A DNA stretch of 39,662 nucleotides from Catajapyx aquilonaris (Eukaryota): positions 62,001-101,662 of the forward strand of contig KZ538204.1 of assembly GCA_000934665.2 (NCBI GenBank), in the 5' to 3' direction. Both the position numbers and the translations under genes were made by a program. Positions 1-12,900 of this stretch are shown one piece after another. The notes under the pieces were generated by a model that searched no databases, was not told the DNA's origin, and was given only the letters and a program-made list of their open reading frames with translations. The number at the start of each line of letters is the position of its first letter. The stretch's first letter is position 1.

Positions 1-468
1 GATGTCCAAAAAAACATGAAATTTCATGATGTTTCCTGAAAATGTTAATCAAGCAGTAATCAAGCGATGCATATATACCCCCAAAATAACTTATCAACAG
101 CTTGTATTTGGGATATATTTCAAATTTTCTTGAAATTACAGTACAATGATGTTACACATCAAATTAATAGTAACAAAACATGCAGAGCATAAATAATGTA
201 ATAAAGGATAAAAATAATTAATTCCGGCACAAGTTGAATCATTTTAAATTACTGTAATTGGCGAGATTAATAATTTTTCTTGGTGCGTAAAAATTGTGTA
301 AATTACCTGCATTTAGAGCAGGCTGATAGTACCAATCTTTTTAGATATTCAAACTGATAAACATAAAAAGCTACAAAATAATGTTGCATATTTAATAAAA
401 TTATTTCATAATTTGGAAAATACTTGTATAGAGAGAGATAATACGTTTCTTTATAATGTACTCAGCCT

Positions 469-741
469 ACCGAAGCAGTTTGGAGGAGGGGATATGGTGT
501 CCGACTGCTAATCGGGAGGTCCTGGGATCAAATCCCGGGGCCGGCAACTCTGACCGTGGTTTTCTGTGGTTTCCCACGGTCCTTCCAGGAAAATTCCGGA
601 GCTGCTTCCGTAATTAATAGGCCACAGCCGCTTCCTTCCGTCCCTATCTTATCCCAAAAAGCGCAGTAAAATGAAAGCAAAGAGTTCCAGGCAAAAACAA
701 ACTTCCTCCCTAAAGAGCCGGTGGCTGATAACGGGGTATGA

Positions 742-807
<66 letters not shown>
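469..807 (+). mobile_element. Full-length tRNA-derived SINE with (ATT)n tail and 13-bp target-site duplication
   Basis: Identical flanking repeat ATGTACTCAGCCT at 456-468 and 808-820. Pol III A-box-like TGGAGGAGGGG (481-491) and B-box-like GGATCAAATCC (525-535). Anticodon-arm-like TCCGA-CTGCTAA-TCGGG (500-516). The central segment CTGACCGTGGTTTTCTGTGGTTTCCC...TCCAGGAAAATTCCGG...AGGCCACAGCCGCTTCCTTCC resembles the conserved core of many insect SINEs (recognised from memory). (ATT)22 tail at 742-807. Confidence 0.93.
742..807 (+). repeat. (ATT)22 microsatellite, 3' tail of the SINE
   Basis: Perfect ATT run of 66 bp ending immediately before the 3' TSD copy. Confidence 0.98.
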
Positions 808-809
<2 letters not shown>

Positions 810-2016
810 GTACTCAGCCTTATAAAAATTATGGCGTCACAAGCCTTCAATAGTTGGTTAATATTGATAATCTTGGTAGTCATTATTGCCCATCATGTGA
901 CTCCAGTACCATTCTACTTGGTATAATAATATACTGTATTATATATTTTTTGTATCGCCTCTTTCCAAAACAATAGACGTAGCCTCAGTATGACATAAAA
1001 CTTTCGTGGGCAAACCAGACACAGGGAAATATGTTAATATTTTCAAATTTTCAATTTATTAACGGCTGGGTACAATATTGGTAATCCGCCTGGCTGTAAT
1101 GCTATAAAAACGTGTGGTGGACAAGGAAGATAAATAGGCGGTGAATTCATTGACACAGGTCAGTTAGGTCACCGCGAGTGGGTTTATTCGTAACTAGACC
1201 TACTGTTTGCACAGTATAATTATGTTCAGGTACATCAGATGTGGAGATTACCTTAAAGTTTGATGAAGGTTTGCGGGGCTTGTCTTGCAGGACCAGAGCC
1301 TGAATTGACTTATTGACCAGGAAGTGCTACATCGTTAAATAACGTTTTTTCTACACACATATTTGCTTGTAGCATACGTGTTCAGAAAGAAGTTACAGTC
1401 ATGAAAATTCCAGAGTACGTTGTGAATTATTTGACAATCTGCGTTGTTGCGTTAAGTACTATCTGGTTCAAATACCTTTGGCCACTTTATCCTGGTCTTG
1501 AAGCAACCCTTCGCACAGACCCCACGTTAAGGAGGTGTCTGCGTGTGAAGGGTTGCTTCATGACCAGGATAAAGCTCTTCCTGCTCTCCTTTTCCTTCCC
1601 TTTTCTCCTTCTCCTTTTCTTTCTTGCCTGTACCACGTGATTAAGTTTTAATCAAGCTAGACGCGTGTGACCAGAAAATGAAGGGATGAAATGCATGACG
1701 ATCAATCACAATTTGACCAATATTAAGTTAGACACTGTTTAATGTATAGGCTTCGAAGGGCCCTTTCACGTGCTCTAGTCAGTTTTATGATGGAAACATT
1801 ACAGTCCTCTATAGAGAAATTTTAAAAATCCCGCAGTAGATACTGCAACCAGAAAAATCCTCGAATCTATTAATGTAATTCAGTCAAGTGGCTCATCATT
1901 CTGCATTTCAGTTCTTCAAATGTAATTCTGACTTTATCAGGAGTACGTATACGGTACACATTTTAAACGAAGCGTATTTATGTTGCTTTTTTGAGTGCAT
2001 GAATGATTCATCTCAC

Positions 2017-2148
2017 TGTAAACCTGTTGAACAGACGTTTCAAATTTTACAGAGAAATGAAAATTACTCATAATGATTTATCATTTGAAACGCCTAAATT
2101 ATAATAATTTTGGGAGAATTCTCAAATAATATCTTCAAACAGGTTACA
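2017..2148. repeat. Degenerate inverted repeat, probable old DNA-transposon remnant
   Basis: TGTAAACCTGTTGAA (2017-2031) is roughly inverted at TTCAAACAGGTTACA (2134-2148); AGACGTTTCAAAT (2033-2045) is inverted at ATTTGAAACGCCT (2083-2095) with 1 mismatch. No clear TSD. Confidence 0.4.
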
Positions 2149-5100
2149 CTCTGTGGACTTGATATTTGCATGGTCGGCATCTTGAATGTCAATCATAATT
2201 GTCATAAAATAATAACATCATGCCCGGACTGCACGTATTACGATCTTTGTCATGCACCTGCGAGTATTTGGAAATGTCACAAGTTTTGTAATTTAATTTT
2301 AGTCCGTACATTCGTCCCGTACACTTATTTTGTACTTTTTTATAATCTGTTCATGATGTGCCTTTTAATTTGACACACTATTGGATTGTGAAAGGCATCA
2401 CTCGCAACAAATAAATCAGGCATCATCGTCACCTTTTAACAGGATGCCTTTTCTATTGGTGAATAACTTGCAGAAGTTGTGCAAAAACATAGGCCATTGA
2501 TTTTGCGTCATACACTCGCTGAAACATGTCTAAATGGCCTACTAAATATCCCAATATAAATACGCAATGTGTCCAGTTTCCCTGTCCAGAGATATAAGTT
2601 TAAGTACCGGTAAAGGTGGTAATAAAAGATAAGTTCCGAAATAATCAAAAAATGAAATGAAGCAGGTTATTATGTCAATGATATAGAGCTACATAAGCAA
2701 GCCTTCATTAATTTTGCCAACTTTGTTAGTTGAATTTATTTCCAAGTAAACCTATGGGACATTGCCTCACCTGCTTCAGAATTTCAAGGAACCTGACATC
2801 TCCCCGCTATTTTTGAGTACCTGTCAAGGCCCTTGAACAACCCTATCAATTAATCGGATGACCCTAGTTGAAACACCCTATAGGTCTATAGCAATGGCAG
2901 CAGCGGAAGTTGTCAATAGGGCCGAGTTCATGGCGCCAACATTCTGGAAAACAGGGTCGGAAGCATCCACACAGAATGCTCCTCGGATCCGGCTTAGTGA
3001 GCCTGAGAGACATCTGTTGTACAAAAAAATGAAGAAAAAAAAGGGGGAGCCGAAATCGTCATAGCGTTTTTGAGGAGCTTTCAGTCGGATATGAAGGCAG
3101 GCCTAAACGCGTCTTTGATACAAGTTGCCACCCGTGCGCACTTGGAATGGCGTCAGCAGTTAATTCCAAAAGCTAGCAAGGAATTGAGAGTGTCAAAAGG
3201 GAGAAATTTTCCTGAGCCGTGACTGGCGCCTATGGAAGCAAGACGCTGCAGATTGGGTGGTAAAGGCGAGCTGACAGCCTTCTGCAGGTGATATGCCTGT
3301 GCTTTATAGCTGCCAGGCTTGGTACATTTCGGCGGTGTGGATGGAACAGAAATGTTTTTGGGGAGGCGAAGAGAAGCGGTGCCGGCGTTTCATTTCATGC
3401 TTGGGGAAAACTTGTGCATGGTTTCCGGGAACATCGCGTTAACGTATTCATGGGGAATGAAATCAGCCCTGCGTCTGACACGTTACACTATTTAGAGAAG
3501 GTCTGGTTTTACGTTCAGCCGGGACTCTGCGGCTCAAAAAGTCATTCTGCCACACTGTTCAAAAGCTGGGAGTCAAAACCGTGCTTAGTCCACGTTTTAG
3601 AGATAAAAAATTACTGTGTTGCATTTGAGCCAACAGAGTAGCTAGCACAGCGATTTTGTTTCTAGCTCACTTTGTAAGTTTGATGTAGGCCAATGGCTTA
3701 TAAACAGTACCTATCCCGTCAGATCTAAAAGAACTATGGCAAAAATTACATAGTACGTATTAACATTGAAAGATACGAAAGAGTCCTGCGACGATAAACT
3801 AAACGAAAGTTCGCTATAAATGAAACTACTCTTTTCGTGAAATAGTCATAAATAGTCATAAATATGATTTCAGCACATATGTAACGGCAATAAAAATAAA
3901 GGTTTATGCGATATACCACAAAAGGAGTGAAAGTGAAAGAACTCTCAGTAGGATTTAAGGTGTAGGGTTGATATAATACTGCATACTGTATACTGTACAC
4001 GAGAACACGACAAATGACTAAGTAGGCCTACTAAATGACTAATTAATATAGATCGTGAGTCGACTAATTCGATTATATCACTTTACATACCGGTACGTGT
4101 ATGTTGCACATGATGAACCATCCCCATGTAATGGCAGTCCGTAATGTTTTTGGCAGTCTCCAAGGCACCAAAAGTTCAATTCCTTTCTTCTCTGGACCAA
4201 GAAGGAGAGATAAGAACTATTATGCTATCTTTTTCCAGACTTCGAAAATGGCAACCCCCATGAGTTCATAAGAGTTGGTGTCCATGAACTTAACTTCGTG
4301 GTCTTGTTCTCGACATTACGGAAGATATAGTGCGTAGAGTGTACATAACTTTGAAGTGTTTGCTATTCCACCTTGTGAAAATATTTTCCTTCCGGATCAC
4401 CCCGTCTAAGCAGCCGGATGCTACAAGAGTACAAGCTGGCAAATGACCAGGCACGTTCGAATGATCTTCATTCCTGTCTATACACTCCAAAGGCCCTGAA
4501 TTGGCAACTAATCTGTGAGTAAATAGAGATGTACAGGATTTTGTACTAAGGTGTATCCAGTACAGTGAGTCTAGCTAAATCTGCAACCTTTGCAACATCA
4601 ATCACATATCAGGCCTGGAGCCAAGTGCTTGCTCGCAACGGAACATGAGAAGCCAGATATATTGATTTGAGCACGTCAAGATTACACGTTATTTGGTCTA
4701 ACTTCACCTGCCCTGTCAAGCCAGAGGAATAAAGGATGACTGACCCCCCCTGAAATTGGCATGGGAGCTAGTTGTATCGGTAAGTGACACGAGATAGATG
4801 AATGGATTAAAACCCCCGCAGCTCCTATCACCTCGACCATCTCCGCGGCCATTGTGATCCGGGATAAAGTTGTCGGAGGGTTAGTGAGGGGAAAAAGCAG
4901 TCACCTCAAATAAACGCGCGACGCCATGTTGCCAGTCACGTGGCCTTCCTTTCCCCCCGCGTCTTATCGGACGCGCGCCCCGTTGAACCGTCACGTGCGG
5001 ATTCATCCGCCTCATGTCCCGCTCACAATGAAACCAGAAGCTGATTCAGACTCTTCCCCCCTCGGCTGGTACTTTGGTCCCGGTCAGGGCACGGAGCAGG

Positions 5101-6105
5101 ACAGCTATCGCTCGTTTACGCGGGTAAAAAGAAGGGTTGCAAATGCAGAGGTCATTGCTGCTCAAAGGGAGCCATTAGACACGCTTGTCAACGCACGTTT
5201 GCGTGGGGGTACATCTCTGGCCTTTTGTCCGCTGTAGTTACACCGCTGTATATTTGAACTACTGGATTATCCGGGGTCACCATGGCAAACTGAGCAAGAA
5301 CTGATGCAACGGCATTGCGGCGAAACACGTACGGCCAAAAGGAAGAGTAATGGTTGCCAAATGCTGGTAGCAATTATTGATGTAATAATTTACTACAACA
5401 ATTTAATTGCAGTGTCGGATACTGGCATCAGGGATGGATTTACCAATAGGAAACAATCCGATTAAGTCCGCGCCTAGGGCAATAAATTCGCAGGGATATA
5501 AACCCCATTGTAGAGCTCACATACCGTCCTGGCCACCTCTCTGGCAACGGCTCCAATGCAGTGGTCCATGAGATGGGTCAGTTCTCGACTCTTCCTGGAA
5601 CGAAAGTCCGAGTTAGCATCAGTCGATGTATGCCAAACACTTATTTGGCTCTGATTGGCAGGCAGGCTAGTGTGCTGGAAGCAAGGATTCTATTCCCAAA
5701 ATACTCTATAGCACAAGCCCTCAGAATAATACAGGCTAGATTCCCTTATAAAACATCAAATTAAGCTGACAAATTGGCAAGCAGCAAAGCCTTTGAAATA
5801 CATTGACAATAAGAGATGCGGCTTCCTACTGTGAGGAGATTTATAATTTTGAAGACGATATTATTTTGGGTTTTTGTACTGAACTTATCGAGTGCGACAC
5901 AATATGCTTTTGCCTTGAAGTCAGTTCATTGCAGCTAGGAATGTAATACAGATCTCAAAATAAAGCTGGGCGTAAAAAAGGAGCGCAGACTCGATGCAGC
6001 AGTAAAAAACTTTTACCACCGCTATCAGCAAACGTAGTGTTCAATACACTGTTTTACAGTGATCCACTTGACTGCTATAAATCATACTTTATGTAGCATA
6101 TACTA

Positions 6106-6135
6106 TACAGGGTGGTGGAAAAGGTGTACATGTTT
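6106..6135 (+). mobile_element. Solo Tc1/mariner-like terminus (TA|CAGGGTG...)
   Basis: TACAGGGTGGTGGAAAAGGTG matches the common TA-CAGGGTG start of mariner-type TIRs; no partner terminus found nearby. Confidence 0.25.
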
Positions 6136-8023
6136 TCTCTGATTTGTGTTCCTTGCAAATTACTTATTGGGAAATATATTATTAGTCACAATTTTCAAAC
6201 GCTATAGTGTATAGTCCTATGTATCAGACACTATCAATTTGATTAAGGAAAATTTGCAATCATCCTAATATGTTTAACATGGACGAATGATGTTATTTTT
6301 GGTGTAATGATTAAGATTGATACTATACTGTAGATAGCCTAATAAAGCACTAACGCGATCAACCCAACGTCAATATGCATAGGTGTATAATATATCTGTA
6401 ATATATATAGCAGCAATATGATTAGCTAATGTGGTAATAGTACATAAATTGCTAATGGCCGAAGCAGGATTAAAAGAATCTTTATTTTTCCACTCTCCCC
6501 TTTATTGTGCCAATTAGTTGTTTTACACTGTTGATGTTGTCAAAATCCCTTTGCCCTCATCTCTCCTCTTGTTCTTGTTGCTATACCGTGTGTTTCAATT
6601 GGTAGTCCTGTGTCCAAATGTACCGTACTGTACCCGGCAAATATCAAGAAGAACGAGAAGGCACATTCCTTTACCGGCAACTCCATGGTCTCCCTTTTTC
6701 CTCTCCCCCTCAGGGGGTCAACCTGAATAATAATTATAGGGTAACACGAAGAGAATGGCAGCAAGGTGCCAATATAATAATAATTTTTCCGTCCATCCAA
6801 TATAAAATTAAAATTCAGGAGTTGCTTCTAATAAAATGGAGAAAGGTTTTCCGCTGGAATATTGCTTCCATTCTTTCCTGCAGGTCCTGGATATGGATAC
6901 GTGGCATATCTGACGATATGGTTGGGCTCAATTCTGCAATACACGGCCTACAAGTATCACGCTGTTGCTATGGTGAAATGTATACTGCAAGCTTCCACCC
7001 TTTAGTGAATGTATGCTGTGCATTGCTATAAACGTAAACGTGTTATTGTAGTTTGTCATTATATAAATATTTTTCTCGTGAATGCAAATAAAATGGTTGA
7101 GCCTGCGCCATGTAAATATTACCTTTAACGACACATGCAGTTGTTCATTCCCACTTCAGAGAGCGACATTATATAGACCCCTAGTAATATTGTTGCTATG
7201 GTGTTTCAAACGATCCACATTCTGGTCCAGAAACTCCAGATTCGACACCTAATAAATGACGTGTTAGTCAGACTCAGATAACATTAATTTCCGCAGTTCA
7301 TCAGTGCACTGATCGGCGCACAAGGGCTCCCATTTGATCAGGATTTCAGTTGAGCCGGATACTTTTTTTTTACGTGCAGATCAAAGCCACCCCGCCAACG
7401 AATAGCAAAAGAAAAAGATCAAGAACCCCAGTGAGTCCGGACTGTCGAGATGGAGCCAATTAATAGGTCCGTACGGTACCATTTCCAAGAGTTTCCCGGG
7501 AGAATCTAATTAGCGGTCGTTCGTTTCCTACCCCCCACGCAACTTCACCCCGGGGCTATCTATAGTGTAGATATGTGTGTGGCACGTAGTATATGTAGGG
7601 GCCCATTTGTAACCTCCGGGACACGGGTAAGCACGTGCATGGGCTTGCCTCCCATTGGATGCACTCTTGTCGTGATAGATGCGTTCAGCAAATAATTAGG
7701 CAGCCATCCCTGCTCGGATTTACGGTGCCCAACACCACTTGATTCAGCTAATTAATGTCGCTTGTTTTGCACCGACCGTGCGGTCACTGCTATTTCCATT
7801 ATAAGCCGACTGCTCTGTGTCGCGTTTCACGCATGTATTTGTCATATTAATGCCGCTTAAAACCTTCCAAGAGGTGGTCAGGTCTCGGGCTCCTATAACT
7901 CGAGTAATTAAAAATTAAAACAAAAACACCAAACTTGAATCCAAGCACTTCTTAGGGCATTTTAACTGTGTTAAAACATGTAATTTTTCCTATTGTTGTG
8001 CCAATTTCCATTGAACTGTATTT

Positions 8024-8176
8024 CGTGGGCATACTAGATCATTCTTCTAACTTGTAAGTTATTTACACCACCAAGTCGCTTGGTGAAGCCCAGTTGTCCT
8101 AAAGATTCAAAATGAGCCAGCAGGCCAGGATTTTCTGTATTGATTAATTTGTTAACAAGTTGCTTTGGATTAGCTC
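8024..8176 (+). mobile_element. Truncated copy of a Sola1-like MITE (same family as 26120-26349, opposite orientation)
   Basis: Starts ATTT|CGTGGGCATAC. Internal TCGCTTGGTGAA...CCTAAAGATTCAAAATGAGCCAGCAGGCCAGGATTTTCTG...AACAAGT...TTTGGATTAGCTC aligns by eye with the reverse complement of about 26165-26280. The second terminus was not found. Confidence 0.65.
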
Positions 8177-9905
8177 GTATCCGTTTTTTAAACATGGTGG
8201 AGTTCACTTATATGTATTAATTTTTTAAATATCAATTTTACGTCATTTGCATTGCCTTCAGGTATTTCTGCTGATACGTTGCTTTTATAGACACAAGACT
8301 GAATACCTTTTTTTTGGAGTCTCAAGCTGGAGTTATAAGTTTTGGAAGCGATTTGAGGGTTAGGCAGACGGAGACGTGTCGCCACCAAACCCACTTCCGG
8401 CCTCGACAGCAACTTTTGCGACACTTGGGCCCACAAAAAGAGATGTGAAGGGAGTTTAAAGCCCCGCCAGCCTTTGTCTCTTCTCCTTATATATATTTTT
8501 TTGTTCCGGTCGGATCCTACAGTCGACTGACAAGCAGCGCGAAAAAGCGGCCAAGAAAACGGAAAACTCCATCTGTTTATCCCGAAAAAGAATGGTAGGG
8601 GGGGGAGCTTACTGTACGTGGAAACTTTCCTACTGTCGGATACTCGCTAACTGTTTCTAAAGATCCATGAAGGACAGGAAAAAATGGCACTGTTTTTCCA
8701 GACAGACTCTACTTGAGAGATTTCAGTGGAAAAGGGAGGAAAAACAACTACATGTTATCCAGCCTACACAAAACGTGGACCAGGACAAAAAGAGGAATAT
8801 AGCCTACCGTATATATATATATAAAAAAGAAGCGGCTGGAATACTAAAAATAACAGAGGTTTCCATACCTATCTGGCGGCGTATGCGACCAGAGGCCACG
8901 TCAAACAAACCCTGAAATGAATACTAGCAAGCAATTAGCATAGGACTAAACAACCCGCGGCCTTTAGTGTGGAAGTGAGCAATGCCATTGTGGGCACTCT
9001 GGTTATAGGGAAAGCTTTACGGTGGCGAGGGTCACTGTGGTGTCCAATTCTGTCCCTGTGGACCCCCCCCCCCCCAAAAAAAAAGTGTCCAAACAAAAAT
9101 CTCCCTTTTTCCAGCATGGTTTGAAATCAATGAACGGTGGACAACTCGCTTCTGTGCTATACTGTATATGTTACCAATCAAACTGGACGTGAATGTGAAA
9201 TTTTTTCCAGGGGGAGGCTATGGGGGGGGGGGGTGTTTCTTTTTTTTCAAACCCTCGCAGTAGCTAGAGGGAATTTCAATTTAAAAGTGAAACCCTCGTC
9301 CGGCTTGGGGGACGGAGTAATGAAGGCCCTGTTTCACGCTTCGTAAAATATTCCATTAGAGGGCCCAGTAAACTTTTTCAAAACGTGCTAATTTCACAGA
9401 GGAAAAGTGTGCTAATTTTTAATTCATCCAGCCGACTGGGTTGTCGCGGTATATTTTAGGCATGCACCATGGGAGCAGTTCCTGATGCACACTATGTGGA
9501 AATAATATATCCGGATGCAAAACTGTCCGTATATATTAACCTTTTCTATATAGGCATGAGTTTTTTAAGGGGAGGCCAAGATGAAGCGCGCCCAGAAAAC
9601 TAACAATACGTAAGCAGGCTCTAAATAATCAGAGGCGCTAAATTCTAAGTCTTCGAGATGAAGTGAGAGTGTTTACTTGCGCTCTGTGGAAATATTCTCC
9701 AACACGGGTAGCTGCACGACTCCCATTGTTTGCTTCCCCCTTAGCTCGACTACTATGGCGCACCCTTTTCATTCATAAGCAGTGTGGTTTCAGCCGAACT
9801 TCCTCCTTTACCTTATTGTTAGCTCCGATATGTCCACGCCTATTTGGGTAAAACATGGCCAGGTGCGCAAGCTCACTAAAGTGAATAATTTTTTTATTAA
9901 AGCAA

Positions 9906-9952
<47 letters not shown>
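9906..9952 (+). repeat. (ATT)15 microsatellite
   Basis: Perfect ATT run; no SINE body or TSD recognised upstream. Confidence 0.97.
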
Positions 9953-9953
<1 letters not shown>

Positions 9954-12900
9954 CATGGTAGCAATTCATTACCAGAACTATGCAACAGGCCTTAATAATG
10001 CAGGTGATACTGCATAATTACCGGATGGAACACGGGGCATGATGTGTGGTCAGATATAATAATGTATATTATTGTTTTAATGCAAGTGCATGAAACAAGG
10101 CAATAATGGTGGGAAGTGGTCCTGCTGATCAGTAACTATCAGGAGCAATCAGCACAGTGATAGCACAGGTACCGGTCGGAAGTGTACGCCAAAATTATTG
10201 TTAGAACAATAATTTGTTATAGCCACTCATGTAGGAATTGCCCACATCTAATCGTAAGTTACGTCGTACAGGGTACAGTTAGCTTACTGCGCAGGTTGCC
10301 TTTATGCAGGGTGTTCCAACTGATTTATTTAGTTGCCAAACTTTTGACACCGCTTGTTCTTTATTTACCAGTTATAAGCCAGAAAAGTTCGTTCGAAGAA
10401 AAGAAGAAATTCTTACTTCTTTTCTTATGTTGAATGGAAGCCTTCTTGTTGACCACTGCAGGGAGAGAAAGAGGGGGAGGATTAGTTCGGAAAGGGGGGG
10501 AGGGACCATTGGTATCCGAGGTCATTGGGTGAACCTCTTATTTATATGCCAGACTTCGCTGCGGTGGTTTACAAGAATGCTTCCATTCATACTAATATTC
10601 CAAGTAATACTTTTTCTCACATTGTAAGTGTCAGAGAACTAAGCAGCTTACTGTCCCACTGCAGTAAATTCATCAAGTTTTAATGCAGTTAGACAGGGAG
10701 GCTATAATGCCCGTTTTCTCAGGTTTATTTTGATAATTAACTAACCGGTTTATAACTTACGGTAATCAACTTTTTTCTTCTACCGCATTTAAACAGGGAC
10801 TTCGGCAACACTGTGTTCATCAGACACTGTCTTCAGACGCTGACATGCTTGTTGACCAGTAATAAAACTGACTGCACAATAATCTAGTTTATATGGATAT
10901 TGGTATCTCTAACAAGTTACAGTCAGACTATTCAGTTGATATGAGCAGCGAAACAAATTGCGAGCCTGTAAAAAAGGTAAGAAAGAGGCCTGAGGCAGTC
11001 AAGAGGGTGCTACTCCCTGGTTGCCCACCCAGGTTGCCCTGCCACTTCTCCAAACTGATTCGCAGCAGGTTGCCCAAATTCTCTCGCCGTTTTCACCCAC
11101 CTGGAGATATGTATCGTTTTTCTTTTACCCGAAGCTAAACAGTCGGGGCCCGCATGGACTATTTTTCAACTGAGGGAACACTTCATTATTCTGTCCGGAT
11201 TATTTCATATGGACCAGTTTTCCGAGTGGAAATTTATGCGCTGATGAATGTATCGCTCGCATCTGTGCCATGATTTATGAATTAATAATCACACACGTAT
11301 TATTTCTTATTGCTTTGACCAGTAATTATACACGCGGAAATTCATTAGGTACAGTACCGATCACAAATGAATTTCACGGCTAGCAGGCAATGAACATTCC
11401 GGCGGTTTTGCATATAATATAGGCTACACAAATAATTTGCATTCGACCGCATGGTAATTTGGGATGTTTCACATCGATGCGTCCAGTTTTTAACAACCGC
11501 AGCTAACCACCAATGATACATACCTGGTAGGTGGCTTTCAAATCCCACAAAATTAATGACCTCTCAAATGCGTAGAATGATGACGGAGTGAATGCACGCC
11601 TGTGCCCAACCCTCCTCAACACTTGAGAAATGTCCGAGGGCACCACCAACACACCCTTCAAAAAAAAACACGTCCATCTTGACAAAGCTCAGATCCCTCC
11701 CTTCAAAAAGTAGGTATACTGAAAGTGTCACCTTTGTCTCCACCCTGAAAGGAGGAACAGGCCTTGCATGATGGATTCTGTTTGGGGGTGATTTAACATC
11801 CTGGCTTGTCCAGCCAGGTGGGGGACCCATAGCACAGGTCCTCGACGGCCCTTGAAGTTGTCACAGGGTGCTGTTAATAGCGGCAAATGGTGCAAGACAT
11901 TCGCCCACACTTGATTGGTTTTGAATGGCACGGCCTGGGAGTTTGGAGTGGCCATTGCCGCCTGAGACATGGGGCTCACGACAGCTGCTTGGAGGGGCAC
12001 AATGCTTTCTGCCGGAGGACATTGCGGATTTATGCTTTTCCTTAGATGGTCATTTTTCCTGAGGAATTCGGCTGTAAAGAAAGAGAGCGGAATGGATCTA
12101 GGCGCCGGAACCGTGTCGAATGTTTAAAACTGCCCCTCAAGTTGGGCCAGCGTCATGGCGCCTCCCCTAGAAGAGTCAGGGGCGCCTCTAGGCACGTGTC
12201 GAAAGCGGGGCACTTCGACATTGAATTAGATAAAGCGGCGCTCCATCCTAGTTACAGGCACTGTACTTTTCCTGCCGGTACCACCTTTTTATCTATGCAA
12301 CTTGGGAGAGCTAATCACTGCTATATGAATCCACATAAAATGGTGAACTCCCTGCAGGCCGAAGACGGATGAACTCGACTTCGACCTCTTCCATTTCTCA
12401 CTCACACCGTCTCCTAATGAAAATTGGCATATCAAATGGATCGAAATTAGCGTATAGACAATGAAATCTCTTCACGGTATGCATTTATAAGCAGAGGGGA
12501 AGGGAAGTTTGAAACCGGTTTAATCACTCGGCATGTCGTCGCTGAGTGCATATGGTACCCCGGTGTTGCCACACGAGTCTAGGGCCTACGGTGTGTGCGC
12601 AGACTATGTAATTAGCCGGAATTAAGCGTGAGAATATCTGTGGTTTCGTGATTCGGGGCGGGTGATGCCGGGAAGAAAATGATGGGACTGAAGGCGTTGT
12701 TGGGTCAGGGTGTCAAAGGCGGCATGGCTTGAGTATCTGGACCAGCGGATTCGAGGATGGTAGTTAGGGCCGCATGCGCCAGAATTCCAAATGATGACCG
12801 GTGAGGTGCATAGTTTTGTGCAGGTCAATTGCCCATCAGCATTCAGCGCTCGTGTGAAATGCTCGTGGGTGTAAATATTAATTATCTGCCGGTTTGTTGC

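Noticed and set aside
469..545. Functional tRNA-Ser gene
   Set aside because: The acceptor and D arms are not canonical, there is no long variable arm, and the sequence continues into a SINE body, tail and TSD.
671..926. Poly-Leu and poly-Tyr ORFs (671-853, 738-926)
   Set aside because: They are translations of the SINE (ATT)n tail, not genes.
5429..5480. CAGGGATGGATTTACC...GCCTAGGGC, reminiscent of hAT-type MITE termini
   Set aside because: No convincing partner TIR or 8-bp TSD was found.
9773..9985. Poly-Ile ORF on the minus strand
   Set aside because: It is a translation of the (ATT)15 microsatellite.
10893..11138. 81-aa ORF with a basic stretch (KKVRKRPEAVKR)
   Set aside because: Short, with no recognisable domain; the 3' half is driven by the GGTTGCCC repeats.
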